64,000 bases of DNA, from NCBI GenBank assembly GCA_046563655.1, contig CM102290.1, forward strand, positions 7,936,001-8,000,000. The letters are read 5' to 3'. Below the pieces are notes generated by a model. It searched no databases. It was given only the letters and a program-made list of their open reading frames with translations, and was not told the DNA's origin. The position numbers and the translations under genes were made by a program. The first letter of the stretch is position 1, and each line of letters starts with the position of its first letter. This DNA is from Yuukianura sp. NJ FZ-2021. Its lineage: Eukaryota. Positions 1-13,441 of this stretch are shown here, piece after piece.

Positions 1-540
1 ACTGGACGTAACAAGAGCCGACTCAGCGTCAATTTATATTCAAGTTACTTTGTTAGTGTAAAAATCCGCCATTAAAATTTGCTAATGGTGTTGATTTGTG
101 TTGAAAATAGGAAAGTCAATGTGCTAAATTGACACTCTATACCTTGTAATTTGTGAGGGTAGTCGGTGTCAGCGTCCTGTAATGAAATAAGCGACACCCG
201 TCTTAGAGTTCTTATTTGACCTCAGCTGGTGTTGACATGGCAGCTTTTCGATCACTGACCTCACAAATCTTTGTAGTGTCACAAACCTTTCCTATCTCAA
301 ATTGTAGACATATTTCGATAAAACTAATTGTTGTACTTAAGTCATCTATTGAACTGGAGAAGTTGAAACTTGTCATTCCGATTAGGTTTGGTTACCGCAG
401 GTTCAAAAACCAACACCGTTGATTTCTTTCTTCATTTTTTTAACATTAGCATTTCAAAAATGCATTTTCTTTATACCGTAACCGTTACTTTCACAACTTA
501 TTCAAAGTTGGCCTTCAAGTTGAAGTAAGCATTATTAGCA

Positions 541-1140
541 TACACCAGATATGCATGTTCTAAAAAATGCCGTTTTAGTCGCCTAAAAAGCTAGTAAAAA
601 TAGCCGAAAAATTCCCTAAAACCTAAAAAAAACATTTGAAATTCCGGTGGGAGACTCTGAATTTTTATATGTTCCTCTGTCTATTCAAAATCCAGCTCAA
701 AAAAGTTCAAGGCACAAGTTCAAAACGGGAAAGCCTACACATTTAGTTCAGCAGTAAAGTAACTGTTCAACGGATGAATGTCACGTGCTTAACTAAGATT
801 TACAATCTTAGTTGTACACCATCACAACTCAATACACTTCCAATCAATTTTGACCAATTTTTTTTTCACACTTTAACACTAAAAAAACGGCGCGCGGGTA
901 CGACGCTTAAGTCCCGCTCAACATATTTGCTCAAAGAATCGAACGCGATTACATTATTTTCAATTTTTCGCCAATTTTGGCAGATATGTCGAAAAAATTT
1001 CTCAAAAACAGGGTATTCCGCCAGTATTTTACGAAAAAGGTCCTGGCCGAAGCTTTTGTTTTTAAGTCCGAAAAGGCGTTTCTCGGCTTTTAAGGTTTTT
1101 AAAGTCCTAAACTGGTTATAACATGCTTTTCCGGAGTGTG
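541..1140. mobile_element. 600-bp non-autonomous TIR element (MITE) with a 10-bp TSD, possibly Mutator-type
   Basis: ATTATTAGCA lies directly on both sides (531-540 and 1141-1150). Termini are degenerate inverted repeats: tacaccagatatgcatgttctaa versus ttataacatgcttttccggagtgtg. No transposase ORF. Confidence 0.65.
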
Positions 1141-2912
1141 ATTATTAGCATAGGGCTATAGCGAACCACTTAAGAAAAGAGGAATGATAAGATTAACGAG
1201 GAAACGTTTCGCAATTTTTTGATCAGTTAATATAGTTGACTAATTGAAGGGGGTCTAATTTTTAATAAGTTCAAGGGAAAGTAAGGGAACTTGAAAAATT
1301 TTGAACTTCAATTCCGTGGCGTATACTTGAATAAAATTCAATTCAGACATCTAGAGTCAGAGAATTAAACAAGTCACAATAGATAGAATATTTTATTGCT
1401 CAACGCAAATGGCAAACAAAAATGACGTCATTTGTACTTCGGAAAAACATTTTTAAAGAGCGTTTGAAGTGTTTTTTTAAACTAATTTTGAGCAATAGAT
1501 TGACTTAAAAGACTTCAACTGATTTTCAATTACGTTAGTCCTAATTCCTCACCTGTGTTAATGGTTGCAATGCTCTTGAATAAAACTAGGCTATTATATA
1601 GAAAACGAAAGTAAAAGTCGTTCGTTTTTACGCCGCAAGTACTATTTCCGTTTTGTTGCAGATTTTTTTTTGCAGAATTGGACCAACACTGTCCGCATTG
1701 AATTTTATTTTGTTTTGTATTGGATTCGTTTTTTGCCTTGATACTGTGCCCTTTACCCTGGACCACATTTTGTTTTTGTACACAAGTTTAGATGATGAGT
1801 TGAATAGAAAATTCAATTTTTGTTCCTGCTGTCATGCCATGTCATATTTCAGAGGCATGAGTCAATTCAATGGGAAATGGTTATGGCAGTCGTGGTACTA
1901 GTGATGATGAGTAAATATAAAGAGGGCGGATAATAAGATACTGAAGAAGCTTCCTTTCGTTAATGTCAGTTTAAAGTCCACAATTAGTGAACTGACCTTA
2001 GTTCATCTTCTTACAGATTAGTTTTAGCTGTGTAGCTGATTGTTCGGTTTACTCTTGTATAAACCACTTCTTGGCTACAAGGATAGTTTTTACATGTTAA
2101 TTGAAGCTTCTCCTTATGCCTTGCATAAAACATAGCCTACCCTCCTTACTTCAAGTAGTTTCTGCTTCAACTATTGGCACTATTCCCAATAGGAAAAAAA
2201 TTTCAATGTTTACAACTTAAACCTGCCAGGCACTCGCCCTTGAAATCTACCGCTCCAGCTTGTATTTTTGCTACGAATGCCCTTCAAGTTTTACCACAAT
2301 CATTTATTTGTGCAGCTTTTTTTCTTGATTGGAAAGTACTAAACTAAAATTCCCACGGAGTCTGTGCATGCTCCTCGTAGAGCTTGAGGTCTAGTGAGGC
2401 CTAAGCATCACTATACATTCGTCTTTTTCTAATTTTTTTAGTTTGACATGACTGATTTTTACGCGCAGATTTTGATAAATTGGGATCCAGGGGAATAATG
2501 TCATGCATCCATTGGTTTTTGGAAGAATTGCACAATTTCCTATATGATCCGAAAGGGGTTCACCGTAATATGATAACACAAAAGAGGCATTGTCCCTTTA
2601 TAAGGGAAAGACAAGTGCCGGGTAGGTGAGTTTCTGTTATGTAATGGTGATGAAGTAGTCGGCGTTCAGACGTTATGTAGAATTTGCGCAATATTTTCAT
2701 GTCCGAAAAAATGATTTTGGTTCCGTATAGGTCATATTGCACTTTTGTTCTTGTTTTGTTTCGTAACTGACGGGAGTGTGCAAATCCATCTATTTGCACT
2801 TTTTTTAAAACAATTTTACTTCGTAATTTCAAGTGTAAAAATACTTTGCTCTTTTTCATTTATATTAAAGTAGATGTTTAGCTTTCGATATTCATGCATA
2901 TCTGAAAACGAA

Positions 2913-3040
2913 GAAATATATGACACATATTATATGCTACAATTTGAACAATATGAAATATATGTTACACATTATATATTACAATATGAGTTATACGAAA
3001 TATGTGATCCACATTACATACAGTATGAATTATATGGAAT
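2913..3040. repeat. Degenerate 42-bp tandem minisatellite, about 3 copies
   Basis: Units: gaaatatatgacacatattatatgctacaatttgaacaatat / gaaatatatgttacacattatatattacaatatgagttatac / gaaatatgtgatccacattacatacagtatgaattatat. Confidence 0.7.
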
Positions 3041-4715
3041 GTGTTGTCTTTTTATGCATTATGTAATTTTTATGTAATATGTACTTAATATTTTAAGCGT
3101 TGTTAATATTTTCACGTCGTAGATAAAATGTTACTGAGAAACTGCTACGTTGAATCTGACCTCTCGTGTCAAATATTTTATATCAACGGTGGTATGTGTA
3201 GGAATTGAGACGACAATTGGGTTATCAGTATTTTTGAAAATTGTAACAACATTTGGTTAGGTTAGGTTGTACCTGCGTTTTAAGTCGTTACATGTTCACG
3301 ACTATAAAGCTTTTGTGGATGAAGAAGTGTAGTGATGGTGACATATTTTTCAAGCTTCACCCTCAACTTGACAGAGAAGTTGATTGAATATAGAAGGCCT
3401 TTAAAGAGAAGGTCGATCGATCTTTTGGAAACAACTCGGCGTTTTCGCAAATGTCAACCGTATGACATTGAATTTTGAGTTTTTCAACGTTTAGTTTGTT
3501 TTAAACTAATAGCATTACGACTTGACTCTGTTGGTACAATTCAGGTCGCCAAAATTTCAAGATTATGTTGAAAAAAATTTAAGTCAATTCAATCGCGTTG
3601 TAAAAACAACAAACATATTATTGTAAAATTCGTTGGAATTTTGACGCCAATATCAGTTGCTGACAGGCATTAATTTTTGTGACGCAGAGAATACGACGAA
3701 TGAAAGACGATAGAATGAAAAACGACGTCTCCCGAACTTTTCTACCTTATCGTCAAAGTACAGCAGTTCTCAAATTGTTTGCAATGTTTAACCAAATAGA
3801 TCGGTACTGATTCATTTAAACTCAAAGTATATTTAGTAAAAACAACTTTTAATTAATTGATTAGCTGAATCATAAACGTACTTAGAAGTGGCTGATTTGA
3901 GCTTTGCACGTTAGCACACATGAAATCACATGACAGAGAATCAAGATGGTTTACCTGTTTTCCACTCTTTGACAACCCTAGTTGCCTCGTGTCTTTTTTT
4001 TTCAAAATTATGGATCTAAGGCTACGACTTAGAAAAATAAGTACCGTTATTAGGAAGAAGTAACCGCGGTATTTGAACATGTTTTTCTGGATGTTCCGAA
4101 AACTTTTGAAAATTAGGTACGTGTAGTTTAGCAGCAAGAGACTATGTGTGTCTCATACTTCAAAAACTCGGTTCTCAGCGGTGCTTTCTTCTTTTGAATT
4201 CACTTTCTCTTTTTGTATTGTATAGAATTTCTTTTTGTAGGGGTTCATCTGCTGCTGTAAGGTTTAACTTTCTTAGAAAAATTAAAGAAGTGTGTTCATT
4301 CCCATGATTTACTTGGAATTAAAAAAGAACTACCTTTTGAAACATTTTGTTTTTCTAAAACGTGAATAGAAACGCTAATGCTAACTACCCGAAATCTTTT
4401 CTCTTCTTTTTGACTCCGTTGCTCTCGAAAACGTCATAATTTTCCTTGGCGTTGTTGCTTTCTGCTCTGCCATTACGCCACCAGGGGAACAGCTATTTTT
4501 GGCAAATTAGGTAAAATTGAGTTCACGTGGACTCTGGAATAGAAGATGGTTAAATTTAAGTTAATTGACATTAACTTGCTTATTGTATTTGAGACTTTAT
4601 GTTATGGACAAGGGTGAATAACAAAGTAATCTATTTTGTTAGTGTAACGTTTCTTTTGAGCAGGTGAAAGGCGTATACTACTGTATACTAGACCATTTGA
4701 TACTACACTTACAGA

Positions 4716-5072
4716 CGGTTCCAGGCCATTTCGTCGAATAAATTTTTCCTAAGCGCATTACTTCTCATGAATTCCTGCGAAACGGTTTACTCCGAAAGTC
4801 GGGATTACTCCGAAAACTCAAAGAAGTAGTTGCTACACAAACGAAAGCTAACCTCAATGATTTCGAATCCAATCACTCCGTTGGATTCAAACCTAACCTC
4901 ATAATATTTTACCACATTAACTTAACTTTATTATTTCCGAAACTACCTAACCTAATTTTACTGTAAAATAACCTTTTGGAGTAATTTAAGTTTCGGAGTA
5001 AATCGTTTGACAGTAATTCATTGGGAGTAATGCGCTTCGGAAAAATTCGTTCGGCGAAATGGCGCGACACTC
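4716..5072. mobile_element. MITE-like element with ~90-bp imperfect inverted arms and internal AACCTAACC motifs
   Basis: The left arm gccatttcgtcgaataaatttttcctaagcgcattac...tttactccgaaa (from 4725) matches the reverse complement of ~4975-5063. No clear TSD. Confidence 0.75.
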
Positions 5073-8000
5073 TCACAAACAGCATGTTTTTGTTGCTTTT
5101 TAACCGGTGGTGTTCTTTTGATTTTTTTTGCTTCTCTTTTAGTGCTGTAGAATGTGTGGGCAGATTCTTGTGAGCTTTCTCTGCCGGTTGAAGTTCGGCG
5201 GAGAAAGTTCTAGTCAGGGAACCTTGGTAACTTTCCCAGCCCCTTCCAAACCTGCCCTGCTTTTCTGTAGGTTTACATTATGTATAGGTAGTGGGTGTTC
5301 CGCCTGTTCTTTGAGTAATGCTGGCCCAGTGTACTCGTCTAACGTCGTCGTCGTTGTCGACGTACACCTCTACATAGAAGAAAGGCCTTGAAACAGTATC
5401 AAACCCAACCTTTTTCTTTGTATATATCCAATCACTTTCCCGTTGCTGCTTGAGTCTTTTTAACGTGAGCATTCAACAGGCATGAGTGGATTTGCTTAGG
5501 TATAGAGGCTACCATAGAACAGCATTTTTTTAGTTTTTGAGCAAATCTAAGGTTAGACATTGAATTGAACCAGCCAACGACAAGGTCATGGCCATCTCTT
5601 ACTTTTTTTTGTTCTTGTTTTTTTACGAAAAATGGATGAAACCATTCGTTGAGTGGACCGGTATGAGCAGGTCGCAATCAATTATGGCTCAAAATTAAAA
5701 CAAAAACTAAACTTTTGGGAAGCAGAGAAAAAAATTCCGTGGTTGGTCGATACATGGTTTCCTGTTTTTGCTGTAATTTTTTCTTACTTCGCAAAAAAAT
5801 ACCAAGTTTGAGGCAAGTTTTGGTTCAAAATAATTAGAAAAAAAATTTCCACCTACTCGAAGTGAGGAGGTAGAACTTTATTTGTTTTATGCTTTTAATT
5901 TAGAGCTCTGAATCCTGTCCAAAACGTTGAGAAAAACAAGGAGGCTGTGAACTTTATGTATGAAGTTGTTATTACAGAGCGAACTTAATTAATTTTCAAG
6001 ATAGGCTTATACATTATTGTTTGGAAAAACTATTTTTGTTTTTTTAGTTTTTTCTTTTCATGGCTAATGAAGGTTAATAAGGAACGTGTACGGCAGGTAG
6101 TAAAGTTTGTTAGTAATAAAGACATGGTGCTAAAATATAAAAGTTGGTAGAGTGCCAAGAGAAGTCAGTCAGGTTGCACTTGCACGACGCCGGCGTTTGG
6201 GTTAGTGTGTAAAGGTAAACGCACTTTTGTTTTGGTCATAAATGAAAACGAAGTGTTGTTTTGTGAGTAGTCACAAACACTTTAAGAAATGTGATTGTTT
6301 CTAAAATGTCTTTTCCCAGAACAGTTTTTGATCCGTTGTGTCATTTGAGATCCCTAACTTCGTATTTTGTCTGTAACTTTTATGACCTTTTGTAACGGTG
6401 CTAACTCTTTATTAGTCATAATTAAAATTTGTGTTTACAATGTAACTTGAATTGTAGAAAGAAACACCGGCGAAAACTGTCTGCCTCAAACAAATTTTTT
6501 TGGGATTGACTTGAATTTCCAGAATCAAAAAATCAAAATAAAGAGTAAAAGAAAATATTTATATGAATCATGATTGATGGAGTAATCAAAAAGCTGAATT
6601 TTTTAAGCAAGTAGGAAGCTAATCTTTGTAGGATTCTGTGGATACTAACATTCAGAAAGATTGATGACGATATTCACGGATCCATTGGATCAAAAATACT
6701 TAATAGTTGATTTAGTGCGACACAAAATTTCGAAAAAAAAAAAATTCAAAATTGTCATGTTGTGTTTTTTTGGTTCCTATTTACAATCTATCTGGAGTGT
6801 TCCTCACCCAAGTTAAAGTGGATTTTTGTTTAAATTGAACGGAGAATAGTAATTGGCAACAACGGTGGAATGACACTCCACTTTAGAAAGGCTGTTGTAC
6901 TATAGTTGGTCATAAATAATGAAACCCTATGCTACAACTCTTTTAGGCACATGACCTTGTCGTCTATCGAGCTTCTTTTGCGCAAATCACATTGCCAATA
7001 ATAAACATACAGACATATAGACAAGTTAGAAGAAAGATCTGGAAGGAACCTAAACTCAACGGGGAAGAATAACCTAAAGCCGCACATCATTCGACTGTCT
7101 ATGTAGATCATTTCCTTGTCTTACTTCGTTCAATTCCATATTTTCACAAGTTAAACATTGTAAAAGTAGCGTCTTTCCTAATCTAACTTTTGCTGATGAT
7201 TTTCACACCGGTAAGAATTCGAGTTTCTCGCTTGAAATCAACTCAAATTCGACGCTTTTTAAGTTTCAATAGGGTTGGAGGTTTTTTTTCGTTTGTTGGA
7301 GTTTGGCCTTGACGAAAAATTTGATTTTGTAGAAGTGTCTGACTCGGTTCAAGTTATTTTTCCAAAGAAAGAAAGATGGCCTCGATTGTGGTTTACGTTG
7401 GTAGATTTAATGATGATGATGATGACGCGGTTAAGGTTAAGTCCAACTTTCCAGTTATTAAGTTGCTTACTTTTTTGAAGTTGTCTTATTAAGATTTGAG
7501 AGATACCTGCACTTGGAATTAATTAATTTGAAGTTGAGGTTTCTCAGACGAAGTATTTATGTTCAGGCAATGATTCTTGTATATCCAGATTTAATTAAGG
7601 CCTACATTTTAGTAACTACGGTGAAAATTTGACCTTGGAAAGACCTTTTTGGGTAAAAAAAACAATATTTTTTCACAAAAAAAATTAAAACAAAGAACAA
7701 CCCTTTCCCTTGTTTTCTAGAACTTTTTTTGAAAAAAAAGGAGGGTAGTTTTGCAAAAGTTGTCCAAGTTCATGATTTTGAGGTGTATGTAAAAAACGGG
7801 TCGTGTCGGTGAACTAATTTTCAGGGATGGTTGGTTTTTAAATTGAGAGAAACAGGGCGTTGTTGAAACTATGTTTAAATAGGACTTATGCAAAATGGCG
7901 TACACGGGTCTAAAAGTACGAAGTACGTACTACGTTTAAAAAAAATATGCTCCTTGTCCCTTCAAAACTTTTGTTTAGAAGAAAATCGTTTTCGCGAGCA

Positions 8001-10195
8001 TGTAATTTGGAATTCAATTTTTTCAAAAATCGATTTTGCCCAGAAACATGAATTGGAAACGGCTTTTGAGCAGCTCTTATGGCTTTCAAAGCGAAGAACC
8101 GATCAAGGATTAAGGGCTCTCCCATCATTCGTATTTACGGAAACATGGCGACAACAAATGTTAAATGGCTCAAATACGATATATTTTCTTTTCCTATGTT
8201 GTCGCGATAAAACTACTGTTGTTTTGTCATAACTTTAAGACCACACTTTGAATATGTTTGTAAGTAACATTATTTCCTGGATTTCAACATTGTCCATCAT
8301 GGACACTTTTGGACATGGACATGCTAGAATGTACATAGTTATCGCAGTATTAAGAGAGAACCTACTTGGGAAAATAGGCCTTTCGAAAAAGTTTCAGTAA
8401 CGATTTATCAACAACTTTTGTGGGTTGTTTACTCGGAAGAAAAATGGCGGTTGTAGTAAGTGGTTTCGTGGTTAAGTTAGTATAGGGTGGGCCTATGCCA
8501 CTGAAAATCATTTTCTCTAAACCGCTGGCTTTAGTTTAGTGTCCAAAATGTAGTTAGTCATGAGGTGGAATATTAATGAAAAACAACGCTGGAGGGGGGA
8601 GGGGGGTTAACATGGTAGATAATTTAGATGTTGATGTTCGTGTAGACCGAACTTCAGCGTCCTCAATCAAACTACTATGTTTTTTGTTCTATTTTGAACA
8701 TAAGTATTTATCGTGGTATGTAATAAGCATGTTGAGCCAGAGTGGTGGTAAAAGTCCAATCTAGCCGGTTTTTATCAATATCGAGCTGTTGTTGTTGCGA
8801 AACGTCACCAAATGCGAATATTCCTGCCCTATATAACCTACAATTTTAAGAAGGCCGTTTTGAATACTAGGCAAGGAAGGCACTATCAACTCCAAGTAAC
8901 GACCAACTTTTAGCACTATATAGTAGTTGCAAACTTTTTTTTTTATATTTCAAGTCTTTTTGTTCAGCGCGTATAGTAATGTCTAGTATTAGTAAGTGAG
9001 CAGTTGGTTTAGTGAGTAGGAAGTTTTAGTATGCAACTAGGCTTAAAGGCCATGTCGTTGTGTCCTACTGCCTTGCTTCCAGAAAGTAGTCAATAAATGG
9101 TTCTATTTCCATGGTCAGTATTTTTGGCAACTCCAGGAGCTTAGCTTTTTAGTTCCAAAGCACGACTTTCCAACAACACATCGGGATAGGCAGTAGTAGT
9201 TCCAATGCCAAAGCATCGATTTTCTCAAAACTTACCGCCGCCGTCTCCGCACCGTCCATGGCTTTTCTATGTTTTTTGCTTTTAGGTTGCATGAAAATTT
9301 GGTCTCTCCCTCTCCTATATTTCCCAAGGTTAAAATTAATAATTACTGATCCAGATCCGACGGCAGTAGTCCAAAGTTAATTGAAAAATGGGTCGATTTT
9401 TGTACAAAACAAGACGAAAAAACACAAGGCATACTCGAATTGGTTTTAAAAATAAAAATATCATAGAAAACGGCTTTATAAAGTCTTAGAAATTGAAAGG
9501 CGGGAGACGACTTTTAGACAAAGTTAATGGATTCTGGACGGTTTAAAATACCGTAGGATAATACATATATGAACTGAACTGGGAGAGCGGAAAACCTTGA
9601 ATTTTGGATTTAGTCAAAATGGGCTTCCATTTTTTTTTGGCTTATATCTCACTTTTGAATGTCTGGAGCGAAGTAGGGTACTAGGAAGAAGTAATTTATT
9701 TAAGGTGCGTAGGAGAAAGCTTGCTTTCTCGTTGGAAACTTCCTTTTTCGCTCCTCCTTTTGCTCTTGCTCCAGAATAACCTAACCTTAGCCAAAAAAAA
9801 AAGTTGGATTTAGGTTGCTCCAAATCCCAACGCAATGACAATGACATTGGCATTTTTACATTTTACACAATTTACTTTTAGTTTTTCTTAAAAAAGCGGG
9901 AATGGAAAAAAAAAACTAAAAATTGAACCCAATGCGAAAGAAAAGCGGCTACGCGTTTCTGAATTACTGAAAATAATTTTCGTTTTTCAAATTTCAAGTC
10001 AAAAACTGAAAAATAGCGTTAGTGACAAGTTGACACAGTGGCAGAGTTCTTCAAGAAATTTTCTTGTCCTTATGGATTTTGATAAATGTTTGTTTTGGAT
10101 TATGATTATATAACTAGTTTTCATGGACGTGGAAGGCGAAGGGTGAACACTGAGAAATGATTTTGAAAAAATGTGTTCTATTTTTTTTTCTTTAG

Positions 10196-13100
10196 TTCAA
10201 GTCGACTGATGAGGAACTTGGCTGAGAAGATGAGGAGAGACAAGCTCAACATGTACATTTCAGAACTATCGTCTCTCGTACCCATTGTGGCAATGGCGAC
10301 CAAACGAATGGACAAAACGTCAGTCCTAAGACTCTCTGCCAATTTCCTACGCATACATTTGAGTAAGGCCAAAATTGAAACTTTTTCCTAGTTTAAAAAC
10401 AAACTCTGTTCAAACAACAAAGATGCTTATGTAATCTTGTCATGTTTTTGTCATTTAGGCTTGAAACAAGACAAGAAGAATTCCAAACCACCGAGACCTC
10501 CGGGTGGACTCGAATCCTCTTTGTCGTCAACACTTTTGGAAGCTTTGGAGGGATTCATGCTCATCGTCACGTCTTCTGGAAAAATCGTGTACGTGTCAGA
10601 AAGTGTCGAGAAACTGCTTGGTCACTCCCAGTTGGACTTGATGGGCCAGTCGCTGTACACAATTTGTCATAGCGGTGACACAGAGCTTCTTAGACATCAC
10701 CTACAACCGCACGCCGATTTCGATCCTACAGCAGGTACTGAAAAGACCAATACGGAAATCTTACAAGATTTCCGTATTTAGCTTAAAAAACTGTTTGTTC
10801 TATCAAAATATTTTGATTCTAGGTTAATTTTATTTTGATATTCCAATGATGAAATTTGTTATTTTTGTTTCCAGCACTAGATGAAGGATCAGATGCCGGA
10901 AGCTCATCAGCGGATTATGTTCCTCGTTCTCCGTCCTTCTTTGGTGGCAGACCTGAAGAAACATTTTCAGGTTTAGCGGCTGGAGAGCGGAGATCTTTCT
11001 ACGTCCGGCTTACGGAACGTTCTCTGGCTCGTGGAGATCCAGCTCGTCATGTCACCGTTCATTTGAACGGTCTCCTTCGACCACCGACAACTAAAAAAGA
11101 GGGACCTAAAACTACCAAAGGAAAGAAAGGTGACCTTGAGACACCTTCTAACATATTCTGGAAGGCAGAGTTTACATATTTTCGTTCGATATTGGTGAAA
11201 GTTTTGCGTGGGTTGTTCGTGGTGTACTTTCCAAAAAGAAAAGAGAAAATTGACAGAATTCCAATGACGAAAATATTCAAAGTCGAGCCTATCCAAAGCA
11301 AAATTTTGAATAAGTTTTAAATTTTGTTGTGAATCATTTCAGATTCAGCGGCAACCGGAAGTGGCGATGAGCATTTGTTGGTATGTGTGGCGAGACCGTT
11401 TCGGAACAAAGGCATAACAGAACTGTCTCTGATGGAAGCTGTACAGGATGAGTACGTGACACGACACTTGCCGGACGGAAGAATCATTTACTCAGATCAT
11501 CGGATCGCTTTCGTTGCGGGATATCTTACGGAGGAGGTCATGGGACAGCAAGCTTTCAATTTTATTCATCAGGAAGACGTCCCTTGGGCAACTGTTGCAA
11601 ATAGACAAAGTACGTTGGAGAGTTCCTAATTTCCAGTTTTGTTGCCTGAGTTCAAAATGGTTCTAGTTTTACTCGAGACTAAAACCTACGAGCAATTTAG
11701 ACTGTTGATTTTACGATTGCTTGACACGGGATGTCCTAATGTGTCTTTTTTGGTTCTAACAGTGTTTAGCAGCGTTGAAGGTCAAGGTTACAGCGTCTAC
11801 AGGCTTCGATCAAAAACTGGCTCACTGATTCATTTGAGAACGAGAGGATTTTTAGAATTCAATAAAACTACTCAAAAAGTTGAAACTTTTGTGTGTATCA
11901 ACACCCTTCTGACGTAAGTGCAACTTCAGTAATTTGTTTTTGTAATTTCCCATAAGTCTGCTGGTTTAGTTCAGGAATTACCATGAAATACATAACGGGT
12001 GAATAATTTTTACTGCAAGTTCAGACATTTTGAAATGTCAATCGTTGCTGTTTTTTACAACGCTTTGGAACTGGGCGGAACTAGTTTCTATCCAAACTAT
12101 ATTTGTCTTTAGAACTTCTATATGAATTGATTTTTAACTCATTTTAGGTATTTGGATTAAAAATATTAAAAACTACACTTGCTACTGTAGTTTGTTAGTT
12201 ACCGAACAATGAAAACTTACTAGTCACTGACAATGGCGTCAGTTATGAGTGAGACGTCACTGGCGTAGTACGTCAGAAAGTCAAGGTGGTTTCTTATGCA
12301 GAGGCCTCTTTAAATGAGGTTTATGACATGAGTTGCGCCAATACTTTCGTTTTTACATGATTGTTTTCGACGTACAAAGTACTTCACTCGTCCTTCACTC
12401 GAACTAAAAGTTATTTAATTCACTAATGACAATTAATTTTATTTTTGCAGAGATGAAGAAGGGGACAAGGAACTGGAAAAGGAACGAGAGCGGATAATGC
12501 CATTTATTACGTTTCAACAAGTTACAACAACAACTTCCGCAAGTTCAAATGTTGTCGCTGGAGTGAGCAGTATTGGTAGCAGTGAAGGAGAAAGTACAGT
12601 CAATTCTGTCACAACACCGTCTTCAGATGAAAGCTTAGTTCGATCACCTTCCACACCTCTTGAATCAAATTTGAGTAACAGCAGTACGAGAGGACTGCAG
12701 GAGCACACGAAGTCGCAACCCTCGTCACCCACAGTTTTGACGACAATGATCAATGCGTCGATTGACATTTCTCTCCTGTCCGACAAACTGCGTCGCGGGT
12801 CACCAAGTCGCACAAGTTCCATCGTAGAAGTGTCACCAGAAGAACCCGATGACTTTGGTCCAGCAGCCTCTCCAGGCGAAACAAAATATGTTCTAACGGA
12901 TCTGTCACCAACGGGTTCCGGTCTCAACGGAGACTTGGCTCAAAGTCCGACCAATCCGCATCATCCAGATTACAGCGAGTCATTGGTGGTGGATACGATC
13001 TCTTCTCCCAGTGCCATGATGGGCACTTCTATCATCTCACCGCAGCAGTCGACTCGGACAACCTCACCAAGAGACCAACCTGTCCCACTACTCCCGTCAC

Positions 13101-13441
13101 CGATGGACCAAATTCATCACACCCTAATTTATGTCACCCAACAGTCACCACCCTCTTCGTCTCTTTTGCGGGAAGTCCGAAGTCCGTCACCCGAAAACCA
13201 GCCGCCAGAGTCTCTTCTGAGAACAAGTAGGGGCACGATTGGTCAATCTCCACGACTCAAGCGCTCCCTCACGGAGGTAGAAGACTTAGTATCCTCCAGT
13301 GCCAAAAGGTCAATTCTCCCCAACACTTACCTCAACGCTTACAACCCTATTCATCATCACCAAGCGTCTCACCGCGGCGGAAAATGGAGAACCGAGACGA
13401 CAACTACAATTATCTATGACCAACATAACAACAACGGCTAA
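10196..13441 (+). CDS. Met: Methoprene-tolerant (juvenile hormone/methyl farnesoate receptor), bHLH-PAS. Exons 10196-10362, 10459-10734, 10875-11129, 11343-11609, 11763-11913, 12451-13441; start exon(s) lie upstream
   Basis: bHLH RNLAEKMRRDKLN...KRMDKTSVLRLSANFLRIH; PAS-A EALEGFMLIVTSSGKIVYVSESVEKLLGHSQLDLMGQSLY; PAS-B EYVTRHLPDGRIIYSDHRIAFVAGY...YRLRSKTGSLIHLRTRGFLE...ETFVCINTL. All GT-AG introns are phase-compatible. S/P/T-rich tail. Confidence 0.9.

Noticed and set aside
2874..3077. Tyr-rich 67-aa ORF
   Set aside because: It arises from a 42-bp AT-rich minisatellite; there is no supporting gene structure.
7590..8250. Possible DNA-transposon relic in the Met 5' region
   Set aside because: The composition looks repeat-like, but I could not identify termini or a TSD.
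12514..12927. Antisense ORFs overlapping real exons (also 34004-34432, 50146-50430 and others)
   Set aside because: Shadow frames of coding exons with no independent features.
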